Shown piece by piece: positions 28,101-43,001 of a stretch of DNA of 64,000 nt (the first letter of the stretch is position 1; the number at the start of each line of letters is the position of its first letter). The notes below the pieces were generated by a model. The model did not search any database, was not told the origin of the DNA, and worked only from the letters and a program-made list of their open reading frames with translations. The position numbers and the translations under genes are program-made. The DNA comes from Ramazzottius varieornatus (Eukaryota; Animalia; Tardigrada): the NCBI GenBank assembly GCA_001949185.1, contig BDGG01000004.1, positions 1,575,620-1,639,619 of the forward strand, in the 5' to 3' direction.

Positions 28101-31100
28101 ATTGACTTTGAATTGCTCGTTGGCCAGTATATTCATCCTACGGAATTAGCGAGAACAGACCTGAATCGAGAGGCTCGTGGAGCTTTTTGACGCCGTGCTG
28201 GTTCCTTGGGTGGGAAAACCGAGTTGCGCTGTTGGGGTATGTTGCTGATGGGACCAGTATTGTCTTGTGGTCTTTTGAATTTGCATACCGATATGTTTGT
28301 TGTGCTGTTTCGTATGTTCAGGAATGCAGGGTGTATTGGATATCAGAATGGGACAGAATAATATTATATGCGCCAGGTGTTTGTGTGCCTTTTGCAGGGC
28401 AAGTGTGACAGTTTGTCTACGGTGGGTAAACAGTTTGTGAACTAGACAGAATCCTAGCAGGCTGAATTCGAAGCTTGGGGATGTTGGCTTTAGTATTTAT
28501 GGAGAACACATTATTTGCCATAATGGGGACAATGTCGAAAGGCTCGAAGCTGTAACTGGGCTTGCATGGTGCGTGTAATGGCCGATGGCCAGCTTCCTTG
28601 TTCATATTGATTTATCCCGATATGTGCAGCAGGCTTGCATCTTCTTGCGATACAGTTTCCATCGTGCTCGAGTGGACGATGGTGTGCTCGATCCAGTTTG
28701 AGATGGTGTTCAAGATAGGGACGGAAACACTGTACACTATTGACCAAGTGCGCGATGGTCAGCGGGACGCCGAGTTGAAGATGTCGTCTCACAGTTTAAA
28801 TTCGATCCATGTGTGATCTTAAATACTTACTTAGCCACTTCGCCTCCCTTCTTTTCGTCCTTCTGAGACCCGACAGCAATTACGCCGGTTACGCCCTCAA
28901 CTTCGGAAATAGCAGATCACTTTCGCTCAAGTGCATCCTGCTATCAAAGTTTCGACAGTCTGGAAATGTCTTTTAGCTGGGACAATTTTCTGGGAGTCCT
29001 CTACCTCTAGAACCGCGTTCACAGTGCCTTGAAAGTTTACCAGCTTTTTCGAACCTAAATTCCTTATTCTGGACGGAGAAACGGCCTTCGTCTGTTGGAA
29101 TACTTGCTTCCGTGTCAGAATGAGGTACGACTGTGGCTTGCTTTGATGGCTCTAGCTGTGTGTGCCATTTTCTCGAACGGTTCTTTCACGTCAACAGGAG
29201 TCTGCTTACTTCGTAAACTTATGTCTTCGCGAGGAGCTAGGGGGTCAAGTTGAGATTTATCATATGCGCTCCCTGGAAATCATGTGTGACGAACACGTTT
29301 TGCTTTGTTAGGGAACATTATTTCGTAATTTAACTTTCTGGCTTTGCACCTGCTGCTCGATTTTATTGTTGCAATTGGACTTCGAGTATCCTTCTATCTG
29401 CTTGATGGACTATGCTAATAATGCAATCGAACATTCAACAAGAGTTCCTTCTCTTTGTACACGGTACATAGCGGAACTTTAGACATTTTAGGCGGTGGAT
29501 TGAGGGGATCAACATGGACGTCGACAGCAAGTTACCGAAAGTCACTTCTGGAACACAGATGGTCAATAGTTTATGGGTAATAACCATAATCCAAGTAAGG
29601 CTATATCGCTCGAGCTACGCAAGATAAGCTGAGGAAGCAGATGTTCCGTTGCGCTTGCTTTCCTTAGTGGTTTTTTTCCGTCACGAGGAGTCTCCCATGC
29701 AACGAATATTATGAAAAAGTCATCAGCATGGTTGGAAAACAGGTGCAGGGCGTAATGGTGAGCACGAACTTGGCACGAGCTCGCACCGGAAAGCTGCTTT
29801 CTTTTTCTACCCAGTGGCCTAAAGATGTCGGAGTGAGGGGATAATGGATACTTATAATATTAAAATTATGGAGAGCGCAATGCATTGGTGTGGTTCATTG
29901 CAGCTGGATAGTTGCGACTGATATGGCGGCTCTAATGATTTCCGCTGCTTATTCCAAACAGAGGTTGTTGGCTCGTCAACCTTGCAGTATACGATCAACA
30001 GGCTTGTACTTTGAGATAACTTTCTCGAACATTAAAGCTACGGATGGATGGTTGGGTTACGCCGTCATAGTGGTAACGGGTGTGACCGGCGTGCAGACCG
30101 ACTCTTCGTAATCGCGATGGCGAATCCCCCTTATTGAAAACTGCTTCCGCGTTCCCCTATACGCACCATGCGTAACATGTGAACACATGAGCGGAACCCC
30201 AAGATTGAGACCTGTGTAAGATGAGCCAGCCAGGCGTTCGTCATCACCGCTTTCGTCAGTGCGTGTTCTTTGAGTCACAGCATTGTCTTTCCCGTTTTTG
30301 TGATGATTGTTTAACTTACTGGCGGTAAAAGAACTGCCGTTTTCGAAGCATTTTCTTTTCGACCAGTATGTTTGGCGCTTACCGCGTCTCCAAGATCGAC
30401 AATCGATTCGGATGTGTTTTATGCTGGAAGCTGCGCAGGTTATTTACCTTTCTAAAATGGGAACATCCGATGTGCGATCCAGATCGCTTCCTTCACGGCA
30501 CTCCAGTCTTCATGGTACTGGTATGTCGATATGGCACTTCATATCAATCATAGGGCTTCCCCGCTCTTTATGTGGTGTGCTGACCTTATAATTGGAAGCG
30601 GACTGTTTGGGTTTCGAGGGTATTGTATGCCTAAATGGACTTCCGTCACGCTGTCCGTCGCATAATTTCCTTTCGAGTCCAGGCTTTGTGACAGTCAATA
30701 CGCGACAAGACTTTGCGTGAGGCAAATGGAGACAGCTTTCGGCACTTTACATCCCACGCTAGATTTCCATCGCGTGCGGAGGACTTTGTTATTCCGAGAT
30801 GCACACGGACTGCTTGCCTGACCACAAGGAGCCCATACTATACGTCACTGGCCTTTTCTCTTTGGCGATCTTCTCAAGGTGGCCCCGTAGGCAAAGACTA
30901 GCTGGCATTGGTGCAGTGGTTTCTCCGGGATAACTGGTGAACGCTGCTCGTTCGCTTGATCATTTTTGGACGGAGTATGTACTTCCGGTTCTTTGGTGAC
31001 ACGTACATGGAATACTAATGGTTGTTGAGGTTTAGGCGGAGAGACTGAACTGGGTCAATTGGTAGAGTATAGGGAACAGGAAAAACAATCTGAACAAACA

Positions 31101-34100
31101 GAACGTGTTTTTCATCGTTTGTTGCGTTGTTTACTTTGGATCAAAGGCCCGCGTTTGTTCTGGACTTTTCTGTATCTCCGCGAAATGGTTAACGTTATGA
31201 TAATCAGATTAAATTCAACGAGAAGCCTTTCGCTATTGGGTTACCATGTTGATCGTCAACGAAGTTGAACCAACGCCAATTACGGCGGACGAGAAGAAAG
31301 GGTTCGCTCCCTGCATGTATATAAGCTGCATCGTTAGGAACAATCTCGGGCTTTTAGGGACCATATATTTTGCTTTGGACGAAATGGTTTTAACTTGCGG
31401 CAGCCGGATCGAGACCATGTATAATTTTGTGTCCAAGTTTTCTGCCTTTGTAGGTATTCCCGCCCCTCGCTTTGCTCAAACCTCGCGACCGGTTTCGCCA
31501 GGAAGTTCCGCTTCACCGCACTCGCTCATCCCTGTTCCCTTTTCGAGAATCCCTGCCTGTAACTCTGACCAGAAGGATCGCCACAGCCGGTCAAGCAGCA
31601 CCGCTAGCTCCAAGCTTTCATCTCCTGGGACAAAATTTTCACAGAATGGTTCTTCCGGTAAGAACCCAAATCTTAATGCAATCACTTCAAACTGAATCCA
31701 GACAGAACGTGCGACCGTGCATAATGATGAAACTAGAACCGGTATGACCATCCTAAGTAACGGTTATTTATCACAGGTCTGATCCCGCCTACTCCTGGAC
31801 TTCCGGCTCAAGATACGACCAACCTCGCCATGGGTAAAACATCGATGTTTGGATTTGGGTTCTTCCAAAAGACGAAGCAGGAGAAAGTTGTCAAGAACGC
31901 ACTCTCTTCTTCTCCACCGAAACCATCTAACGAGAGGAACAGTACCGGTAGCAGTAGTAGTGGTTTTAGTTCCGCCAAGAGCGACACCTCGGCCAGTGGT
32001 AGCGATACGATATTAACCAGCCCAACATGCACCCCAGAGAATCCGAAGGCTCTCCAACCAGCAAAAGAAACGAGGTACGAAAACGCTACAGCCGCAGTGA
32101 CAAATAGTCCCAAGATGGTGATGAGGGCCCTGGCCAAGAAGACCTTCTCGAAATCCAGCAAGGAACCGCCAAGGTTACTTAGTGTAGAGCCCAAAGCGGA
32201 AGACCCACCGGTGCCGGTAGCTCTTGAAAGTAAGCTACCAGCTCCTAGCAGGTCGTCGGAAGCGAACAAGAGAGCTTCGAGACCGTTGAGCGGTATTCCG
32301 AGGAGTACTGGTCAGTCCATGCTACCGAAACCTGGCGAAGCATTTGCATCACCAGATGAGCAACCGTCTCCCTCACCTGCATCATTACCCTTGAAGAGCG
32401 AGCTGATGAGCTCAGCGTCGTCTTCCGTAGACAGAACTCCGAAGAAGCTGGCGCCATCGGCAGCTAAAGTGAGCGGAGCGCTGCCCGCGCCCTCTAGCGG
32501 GATACCTAAACCAGCGGCCATGACACCAAAGATTACAGCTTCCCAAGACTCCAAGCCGGAGAAACGGCTTTCCTTCCCAGCAAGCCAAACTTCGGGCGTT
32601 CCTGTAACGAAGTCATCAGGTTTGAAAAGTCCAATGGGCTGCTCGATAACTGACAGAAATTCGAATGACAACCCGGAAGTAATTTCCTCGTCTTCGATGA
32701 AAAGCAATGAGGATCAGAGCAGCGTAGAACACAGAGGTCTCTCCAAGACGTCTGCAGAGGACGAGTACAAAGTACGGTTGCCGGAAGTAATTGCTGAGAA
32801 GCCAGACGGAGAACGGTCTCTTAATGGAACACTTGGAAAAGAGGTTTCCGTCGATGAGGAGGATCCCGTCTGGAAACCCAACGCATCCGGTGGGAGCGCC
32901 TCGGAGAAAGTACCTCGTGATGGCTCACCTGTAGCATCGTCAGTGGCGCTGCTCGATGAGAAGGAAGATTTAGGAACGCGAGGTTCGAACGAGGAAGCAG
33001 TCGCCACTTCTTCAGAGTCTATAGTAAGACAGCATTCTCAAGTTGCAGTAAGTGATAGTCGAGCAATCCGCGAAGGAAAGCAGCCGATGAATTCCTCTCC
33101 TGCTCGCACCGATATCAGTGCGGGATATCTTTCTGACGGTGATATCTTGATCTCATCACACTCTTCGCAGCTGAGAATATTTGCCGATCATACGACAAAT
33201 GGGTACATTAGTGAAGGTGGCGGAGACTTCGTGCGCAATGGATCAAACCGGAAGTTGAAGGACCGACAAAGAGAAGCAATGCCACTCATCAAAGAACCTT
33301 CTCCGATACAGATGCCACGATCTAGTGGGCAACCCCGATCCCCAAGAAAGAGGTGAGTGCTCGTAAAATGAAGTTGTATTCAGAAATAATCCAAATTTTA
33401 AACGTGTTACAGTTCCAAACACAAGAAATAATTTTGTTCCAATGAGACGACCGAAATTGGTTTTTTTGGCAATTTCTGTGTTGTTGGTGCGCGACTGATG
33501 AGAAACCCGAGTCCTTCTTCGAGCTGTGAGTAAATTTGAAAGAACTTCATTGAGTCTATTAGGTTAGACAAACATTAATAGTTCGACGAGCTTCCTCGTG
33601 GAAGGAAAAAAGAACGGAGATGACCCGAAGATGAGCCATGAGGCGCTCGACAGAGGTTCGCGTAAAGTACTTGGTTCCGAGGCGGAACAGAACGGAAGTG
33701 GCACATTTGCGTAAATTAATAGTGCGGCAAAGAGTGTTTTGGTTTGCTTAGTGTCGCCTTGTCCTGACTCTTGTGTATGGAAAAAGAGTTAGGGCTAGTG
33801 ATAGTCAAGTGCTTCTTACAAATCAATTAGCTGCTTTGCTTGACATATGGCCATCCATTCCTTGGGAAAGACGAGGAAGACGCGCGGCTGTTGTGCCTGT
33901 ACAAACGCCATCGATCCAGAAACGGATGTGTGGCTATATATCGTAAGTGGGGTCTCGCTTTTCTTAGGACTTTTCGGCTCTTCAACTTTCTTAGCCACTA
34001 CCCGCGCGTTTCCTTGCTTGTGTCGTTGTGGATTACTTTGACCGACATCTGAATGTGAGAGTTAGATAGATTACCCCGCCGCGCGTTTAGCAGTTCAAAA

Positions 34101-37100
34101 TGGTGTGAAACGCGACAGAAGGGACGAACGCCTTTCCTCTGTCTCCCTGGACGATTGCCGATTACGTCCGCATTCCAGGTTAGTTCAATCTCATCGAAAC
34201 AGCTTAGATCTTCTCCGTTTTTTGCTCCCAATCAAAAAACTCAGACAGGAAGTCAGTTGTTTCTTTTCTATCCGCAGCAAATATTATCCTTGTGCGAAAA
34301 TTTAGTCGCATATGGAAATTACCAAGTCGAGCCTGAAAATAGTCGATGCGTGGAATCATGAGCCTCTCGAACTGGCTAGCGATCAGGAAGGACCCTTGTG
34401 ATTTTTTCCTCTTACGGCATAGTTGGAATCAATATTAATCTGTGTCAGGGAAACTTCCTCATTACGATGGCTGCTACTTTTGTGCTCCCATGAGATTCAA
34501 ATGGACTCCACAATCTGGACTAATGTTTTGCGATCTTTCCGGTACGGTGTGTTTTTCGGAGCTGGTGTGAATTTTTATGTGATACTCAAAATCGGTTCGC
34601 ACGATACAAAAGAATTTTTTTTCTCAGTTACGAATGTTGTCCCGCTTATAGTACTAAATTGCGAAAAAATTTCGAATATTACGGCCGTGATAGACACGCA
34701 CAGGTTGACCGGAACTGAAAGAAATCTCCGTAGCTGTTTGAGACGTCCTGCTGAATTAAGTTGCACTTATCGGTGTCTCTTGGTGCGCGGCTGTATATTT
34801 TGATGGCTGGTATCGGGGCGTGGTTGTGGTGTGAATTATAGAGAGATGTTTCGTGATGGTTCCCCGTGCACGACAAAAGACCGTTAAGCTTAGTGAGCGG
34901 AGCGTATGCTGTGAGACACCTTCCCCGAGTACCATTTCTGTTAATAATGCAAGAAAGCCGCTGTAATTCTGAAGTAGATGGAGTTACGGCTTAGTACTTG
35001 TCATGCCTCAATGCAACCTTCGCATCATCTTTACATAATACCCGCATTGTTTTAAATCTGCGCATAGCTTGCGCATACATTTGATGCGACCTCAGTAGAA
35101 AAGTTATGGCGGTAAGGCCGTATATCGTTAAAAAATAGGTCAGGAACCTGGAAAGAGTCATTGAAGAAAATTGGCTCTTCAGAATAGCAGGCTGTGGCAA
35201 AGTAGTCTGGAGGGACCTCAGGGAACCCTCAGAACTCTCACACAGCTTTAAGGAAAACTCCGTCGAAAGTATCATATAGTACAGTATGGTAAACAATCTC
35301 GATATACAGGGAGGACCCTTGTGTTGTTCGACGGATACGCCCACTTATAGCGTACCTATGTAAGTTGACGAGGAGGACAGTGAGCAGTAGACCGGGACGT
35401 ACTTCATCCCACATTCCGCCGGAGAAAGTTCGTTGCCCCATAAGTCAGCTTCTTTTTTTAATTAATTGGTAGAAGCTGTTGCATTACTGGGAAGCTTGGG
35501 AACGAACCTGGTGCAGAATGTCTCTTTGTTCTACGCGTTGCTCGACCCGTAGACTGCGCATGTATGATTGGCAGCTGACAGAGTTTCTCATCTGTTTAGC
35601 TATCCTACGCATACAGTGGCGGAGTTGTTTCAAATCGCACGTTTCACCGTAACATCGTGAAGATGTTACGGTAGAAATTTTAAAATTTGTAGTGGGCCAT
35701 CTCTTTATTTGACGTGTGGGTAGTTCTTTCGCGTACGGTTGAGGATTACGCACTCAAGTAGACAACGGCGGTAATGGCTCGAATATGTAATGGAGATGAA
35801 TTTATCTTGATCCGACATTTCGGCTCTCGTATTGATCTCCGATGTTAGAGCCGCTGGTCAATCATCTTCTGCCATCTCTCCGCTTTCATTTTGTACTTGG
35901 CGTGTTTTCTAAGTTAGCCAATGGTCGCTCCGGGCTTTCTCAAAACTAATTTAGCTACTCGACCCAACGCTTGACTTCTGTGTGTATCTTTGAGGCGCGG
36001 TCGCGTGCGCCTTTCTTTGCACTGTACTGTCTGTAGATTCTGGAAGGTTCTTACTTTATCGTCATTATCACGAGCCATCGAAACAGTTATCTATCCATGC
36101 ATTGCAAAAAACTATCTGGAGAACCGCATGATAGTTTATCTCTTTGTGTCTGACGTCAAGATGGGTTCTCTGCCGGTGCAGTCGGATCCTTTACGGTCTA
36201 ATCGAGTAGCAATAATTCGCTTTTGATATCCCCTCATTTTGGATGTTCTTTGTGAGGACACTTGTCTCAAAGTGATTTAGGAGCTTCAGAGACTCCCTGG
36301 TATCCGGTTTGCGTTTTGCGGCTTTTCTTTCATTTTGTCTGGTAGCGCGTGCGTGTGTATATTTCGATCGACATACTGGCCGAGTTGGACATCAGCATGG
36401 CGCGTGTCAGTACCTCCATTATCGAACGCGCATTTCGGTAGAATCTCAGAACCCCACCATGATACTTGATGGATCATCTGCCAGTCTAATCATCGCGCAA
36501 AAGTAAACCAGTATTGCGCAGAGGCCACTGCGCAAATCTGCGGTCTTTGCGGCCTCTTCCGACAGTTTGTGATGACTTCTGTCCATGCGGAGCTGTTTAA
36601 CTTTATTGACACACTCTTTCGGTAGGAGTACCAGGGAACCTCCAAAAGGGGTTCCAAACCTTTTTTTTGAACTCAATTGATCTAATATCGTATAGCTTGA
36701 ATCGAAGGTTCCGAATACGCTCCTACACGAATTTCGTTAGCGCAAATCCGCCGATGCTTGAAATCATAAGGCTTGTCATAATTCCTTTCTACTGTCACAA
36801 GCACCTTTTGTGCGTTGTTTGTCAAACAGACACCGATGAGGAAGAATCAATATAACGCTTCTTGCTATTTTCACAGAGTGGACATAGAGGAAAGTCTGTC
36901 TGAGGTTGGTCCGTACGGAGACAGCAACGCGGACGCTGGCCGTCAAGTCTCGCATCCGCAGCCAGCGAAAACACCAAATGGACCTCTCCATCAGCATTCC
37001 GGCTTGTCAGGTGGTGTCATACCAAACAGCGAGAATGGCGATTCCAATGCGCATCACTCGGTTGCCTCCATGCCGCTGCTGCGCGTCAGTCGCACCGAAG

Positions 37101-40100
37101 AGATGCGGCGACCGAAGCCGGCTCCCATCTCTCCACCGCCTCGGGACCCCGAAACGGCTCTGTCATCTTCACCCAGAAACCCGACACCTAATGGTTTCGG
37201 AAATTACTCAGAAATCAGTATGCGTCGCATTACCGACATCTACGCCAGTCCTGTCCGGAAGAGAACACCGGCTAAACAGTCCGAGGCGTATTCCGAGCCA
37301 GAGTTCGCCGGTCGAAATGGTCTGGGGAAAGAGTCTTTCTCAATGACTACCACAAACAACCATGCCAACGGAAAGTCTAACGACATGATGAGCGTTATGT
37401 CAAATGGAAGGGAAAGAAACAAGATATCGGGTAGCACGCAAACCAGTCCTCAAGAACAGCAGCAGTCAAAGCAGCCTGTCACGAATGGTCCCAATAACCA
37501 TTACTCGACAAATTCATTAAGTCGCGGGATGAGCCGGCACGCGATCACGTCGGCAAACGGCGCAAATGGACAGGTCAGTCTTTCCCACAAAAATAAATGG
37601 AGCGCTGATTTTTTAGTCAAACGGAAACTGTTTCGAAAAAAAACGTTTCCGGCGTTTTCAGTGTAAACATATTTTGGGCAAGGAATTTATTCTTGTTTGC
37701 ATCAGAAATCATTTTAAATTATAATTTTAGTCTGTGCTGTATCTGCATGAAATTAACATTTATATATGAATTTTGCTTGTTGACTATAGGAGCTTCCGCG
37801 TTGCCGAAGTGTTGTCCAAGGACAAATGGAAATGACACTAGCACCTTCTCAGCCCCACCTCTTCGCCTCTTCCACCGCGTTCGACGGTCTTCTTGCCGCC
37901 TCAAGATCATGCAGTAACTCTACATCCAGGTTCTCCGTCCCGACACGTCCGCAAGAATATTCCGTCATGGACATGGATCCCCGAAGGTACGACATGACAA
38001 ACGAGCCCGTGTCTTCGTTGCCGCCCAAGAGTAACCGTTTGTTGCGTCAAACTAATGGTCATCTGGAGGCAAGTCAGGCGGAAATGTACAACAGGTCAAG
38101 TGGGGCTCATCAGGGAATATATTCTCGGCCTGGCGTTGAAGCTCACTTTCGCGACTCGGGCTTCTCCACTACATCGTCCATGTGGGATCATCCGCACCGT
38201 GGTGGTGCTGGTGGTAGCTCCTCTCAACCCAGCAGTGCGCGGGGATATCCGTTGACCTACTCCTCCATGAATACTCATGGAATGAATCATTTCGATGAGC
38301 TCGATAATAGTTCCACCGCCTCATTTCCGCTCCAGAGCCTCAATCGTTCTTCCGCACCTGGGTCTCCCTTGCTGTCATACAGCCTTCCGCGGCACACTCA
38401 GTCGAATAACGGAAGTAACGTCCGTAATACTCCCTCCCTCTCACCTTACGTCGGTAGCTTGCTGTCGAAAATCCACTCGCGGGATGATGAGATGAACGGG
38501 TCGCTGGCTTCTCTCGTGTCTGCGGCATCGTCTGTGCCCACTTCGGTATGCAATCTTAATTGAGCAACATACAGTCGGAATTAGTTGTGAGCCTCCATTA
38601 CTTGCACTTCAAGTATGCATTGGTCTTCTATTGTGTATTTTCCAGAGTGAAGATAGGCAAGCAAGGGAGGTCCGAAAGTTGCGAAGAGAACTCGAACGCC
38701 TGCATGATCAGCTTGCCCATATGGCTCTCCAAAAGGTACCCTCCAACTGAATCATCGCCGATAGTGGAAAAAGACAATAATGGCATGAATGTATTTAGGC
38801 GCCACAAGTCACGGCCTTCGAAAACGTCCTGAACAGTATTTCGGAGAGACTGATTGCTCTGGATGCGAACTCGCTGCGAAAGGCAGGTCAATGTCGAGTT
38901 TGCCTGACAGCACTTATCGTGTGTAACAAATTTGTGGTTGTTCGTAGGACGGGGAACTGTCGGAAATTCGACGCACTGTAGACGCACTACGGCAGCGTGG
39001 TTCGGAAGCCGGTTTGGTGTCGCAAGAGAAAATGAACGCACCGACCAGTCCGAACCTCGCACGCCGACACACTTTCAACTCAGCGAAAGATGCCATTGGA
39101 GGTACGTCGCCGATAAATTAGTATTCTCTTTCTCAAAATTTGCTCGTTGTGAACCGGAAGTCAAAAATTGACAGCGTGCTTTGCAGAGAACACGGAAAAA
39201 GCACCACGAGTCTTGTCACGGCAAATGTCAACCGACTCCGTTGCGTCCTTGAATAGTCTAGCCAGTAACGACAGCACGCAACTGGACGACGAAGGCAAGA
39301 AGAAAAAGAAGAAAAGCTGGGTAAGTTGTCTGGTACAATGGGATTATTACGGTAATACGGTTTTGCCTTTGTGGTACTTGCCAGTGCGTGTCGTGGTTGC
39401 GTGATCGTGCAGCTCTGTTGACTAAAGTGGGAAACCTTTAATAATACAATGTCTCTTCGGTGGCGGACTATCCCTAACACTAGCTACTAATCTTTCAGGT
39501 TCAGTCTAAAGAATGTCAAAAGGTAACATATGTCCCTTACACCCTGTCCCTTACTGGTTGTCCTTCTTGATTGTATTCTTCAAGTTTACCCGTTTAATGT
39601 CGTTACTCCGGTGATGGGTCTTTGCTGCAGTGTAAACTGCTAATGTTTCTCACAAAGCAGGAGCACAAGGAGGTGCAAAACGTTGTTTCGGCGTTTTCAT
39701 ATGTGTTCTGAATTTTCTAGCTGCGTTCATCATTCAGTAAAGCGTTCTCTCGGGGTCGTCCGAAACCCAAGAACGGGGCTTCGAGTATCTCTGACGCGGA
39801 AGACGGAAGGAGCCTGGACTTCTCAACGTCGGTTCCAAACTCACCGTTGTTACAAGCCTCCAGGATGACCGTCCATGCAAGCCGGCATCCACCGTCTGCA
39901 CTGCAAACTAACGTCAATGGCTCCGTCAAACCCGCGAGTTCCTTCTCTGCGTAAGTAAAGTCTTCTATCTGTTACTTGGCATTGACGTGGTTATCACTAA
40001 CCGCATTACTGCTCAATCGTAGGCTGGATCGGATGGATGAGCGGGATGAAACGTCCATGGTAGATGACTTGCAAAAGCAGCTCCGAGAAAAAGAAATGGC

Positions 40101-42734
40101 TCTTAATGACTTTCGCTTGGACGCCCTAAACTCGGCTCAGCAAATGGACCAGTATAAGGAGTCTCTGGCGCAGATGAAGGTCAGTCTTTCTTCCATATTC
40201 CTTCTCGTTCCCCTCAACCTCAACTCGATTTCATGGTCATCTGTCTTCCAGAGTGAAATAGAGGGATTACGACAGGACAATTTACGACTGCAACGTCTCA
40301 TCGCCGTAAAGCGCCGCAGTGCTTCCTCTGAAAGGAAATCACCTCGCGATGGTGGCGCGAGGTCTACACCTTCCGGTAATATATTCTATATCCCGAAAGA
40401 TCATCAACCAGCGTTTCGAAAAAGTGTTTCATTTCAAAAAAAAATTTAAACCTAACCAAAATCCCTTCCGAATTCGTTCGAAGATCTGTGAAGATCCTTC
40501 GGCGTCAACGTAGCTTTTCTGGTACCATGTTCTCTTGTCCTGCCATCTCAATTCACGACATTTTTCTACATTTCTCTCATAATAGTATTTTTACTACTTT
40601 TCTCAAAGTGGTTATTCGTTAGTCAAAATAGTTTGACAATTGACTCTAATTGTTGCGTCTTATTTTGAAACAGAGTCTGGCATTGGAGATGAGTCTCCAA
40701 CCTTCGATGCACGACAAGTTCCTGTCCGGGTGGTGATGATGGAAAACGGAGCTCAAGACGAGACTTCTCCGGAGGACGTTCTCATCGGCGCCGTAAAGAT
40801 CGGGTCAGCCACGCAGTGGGATCACCTTGACCGAGATGTCAGAAAGGTTTTCGAGGACTACGTAAGTCGGATCAGCGGCCATCGCAAGCACCTCGGCATG
40901 GAAATATCGACGTCGAACCAGCACACGGTCGACCTTGGCCTAAACGCTGAGTCGATCGCATGTTACAACTTGGGAAACACCCTCCGAAGTGGTACCAAGT
41001 CCACCAACACAGAACCCAACTTGCCCATTGACTGCGTTCGTGGAGACGACGAGAAGATTCGCATCATCGTCAAAGGTGACTTCGAACGAAGAGCAATCAG
41101 CGGTTACAGTATACGACAAGTAGCCTATATCTTTTATTGATAGGAAGCCGAGAACAGTCCCTGGAGCTTCTTGCCTTCCAGAGCCTGATTCCCAGATTCT
41201 TGCTGGAACGTTATATATGCCTAATTTCCGACCATAAGCGCGTCATCCTCTGTGGACCCTCTGGTACCGGGAAGTCTTTCCTGGCTCTCAAGATGGCTCA
41301 GCATCTGGTTCTCCGGTAAGTACCTGTCATGTGCAATTTCCACTTATATGATTTGTCGATGCTGACGAAGATGTTATTGCTTTTACAGATCCGGAAAATC
41401 CACTGTCGAGGGATCCATCATAGTGATCAACGTCGAGCAAAACTCTAGTGGTACGCTGCGACAGTACCTGAAGGATATCACCGAGCAATGCGAAAATAAG
41501 TAAGCGAGCATGTTCGATATTCACGTCGTAGTACGATGGACATACGGTACTCATAGACCACTTTCTTTTCAGAGACGCCGACGTCCCGCTTGTTGTCATC
41601 ATCGACAACCTGCACCACATAACTTCCCTAGGAGAGGTGTTTAATGGTTTTCTGAGTGTAAAGCACCATCGATGGTAAGGCTGCTTACTACCTGCCGAAC
41701 ATACAACGAGACTCTGAAGTTCAGTTTGAACTAGCTGTGTCTTTGTAGTCCTTTCATCATCGGGACAATGAACCAGTCTGTTCCGTCTCCTTCAAAAATA
41801 CAACTGCACCACAACTTCCGGTGAGCCTTGGTTTTCTGTGTCAAAAAGCATAATTTTTCAACAAACTTGCGTAAGTTGCTGCTGCCCTTATAGCTGGATC
41901 ATGTGTGCCAACCATACCGAGCCGCTTAGAGGATTCCTCGCTCGTTACCTGAAACGCAAGCTGGTCGAGCACGAAAACACCGTCAGCCTCAAAGATTCAG
42001 CACTAACAAGCATCGTCGACTGGGTTCCTCAGGCTTGGTCTCACGTAAACTCCTGCCTAGAGAAACACGGGTCCGCCGACTTGACCATTGGCCCGGCAGA
42101 GTTCCTACAGTGTCCCATGAACGTCCGAGAGTCCCAGCAGTGGTTCACCAACCTGTGGAACTACTCTTTGGTCCCTTACATCCTCGAAGCAGTCAAGAAA
42201 GGCCTTCAAGTAAGCTACGCAGTCTCCACGGCTGTATTTCCTTGAGAACTGGGTCTAATGTTTCTCTTACTTTCCAGCTATACGGCCGATGTGAGATAAC
42301 TTGGGAAGATCCAGCCGACTGGATCATCCACACCTACCCCTGGCCTGGAACCGGATCGTCTCAGATCGATGTGGAGGTGTATTCCCTTCTTCGACTACGC
42401 CCAGAAGACGTCGGTTTCGACACATATGGCCTCAACCTTCTCTCTCCAAAATCAACCACGAGCACGTCTCTCGGTGATCGATCTGACGGAGGTTCCTTCG
42501 ACACAACCATGCAACCCGACTCGGTGATCGGAACTTTCGGTGTCGACTCGGAAAACGACCCTTTAGTACGTTTTCGACTTCGTGTAGTCGGTTAAAAGAA
42601 CGGGTTTTTTTATCTGAGTTGCTCTCTTTCTCCTACAGAGTGATATGGTCAAGCGCCTGCAAGAAGTAGCTCGATATTCGAATAACGAGCAAAAGTCAAC
42701 CGAGCAATCTGTGCTCAAACCCCAGGACCACTAA
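25197..42734 (+). CDS. NAV2: Neuron navigator / UNC-53 / Sickie (CH domain, low-complexity region, coiled coils, AAA+ domain); 5' end lies upstream of 25197
   Basis: CH exons 25197-25314 (VYQSWGNQYL...DITDGVLLADII), 25873-25925, 26460-26532 and from 26593 (EGNLRAILGLFFSLSRYK). Large exon 31777-33352 with SGIP motifs and GYLSDGD. Also KKKKKSW|LRSSFSKAF, LREKEMALNDFRLDALNSA, Walker A GPSGTGKS, VIIDNLH, IIGTMNQ, LHHNFRW..CANHTEP, WFTNLWNYSLVPY, LRLRPEDVG. TAA at 42732-42734. Confidence 0.93.
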
Positions 42735-43001
42735 TCCGTACCAATTCTGCATTATTTTTGCCCGTTTCTTTCATAACTTGCCAGTATCCTGGCGCTGTCA
42801 CTGAATGGACCAAAATAGATATCAAATGCCGTTTTTTTTGTTAGAAGCCTTGTTCGTGCGGTACAGTCGATGACTTACTTTGTTGTTTCCCGTGATCAAA
42901 GATGTTATAATCTCGAATCTTTCACTCTGGATAAAACGAATAAATCAACCAACAGAAACTTTTCGGTTACCGTTAAATGGCTTTTCCGAGTAGAGGGCTC
43001 T

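Noticed and set aside
29071-29081. 11-nt match to the miR-184 5' end (TGGACGGAGAA)
   Set aside because: The 3' half does not match and there is no precursor hairpin.
31808-33007. Several antisense ORFs of 70-153 aa
   Set aside because: Shadows of the Ser/Pro-rich NAV exon.
36625-36668. Hairpin plus T-run resembling a rho-independent terminator
   Set aside because: Eukaryotic intron context; no associated transcription unit.
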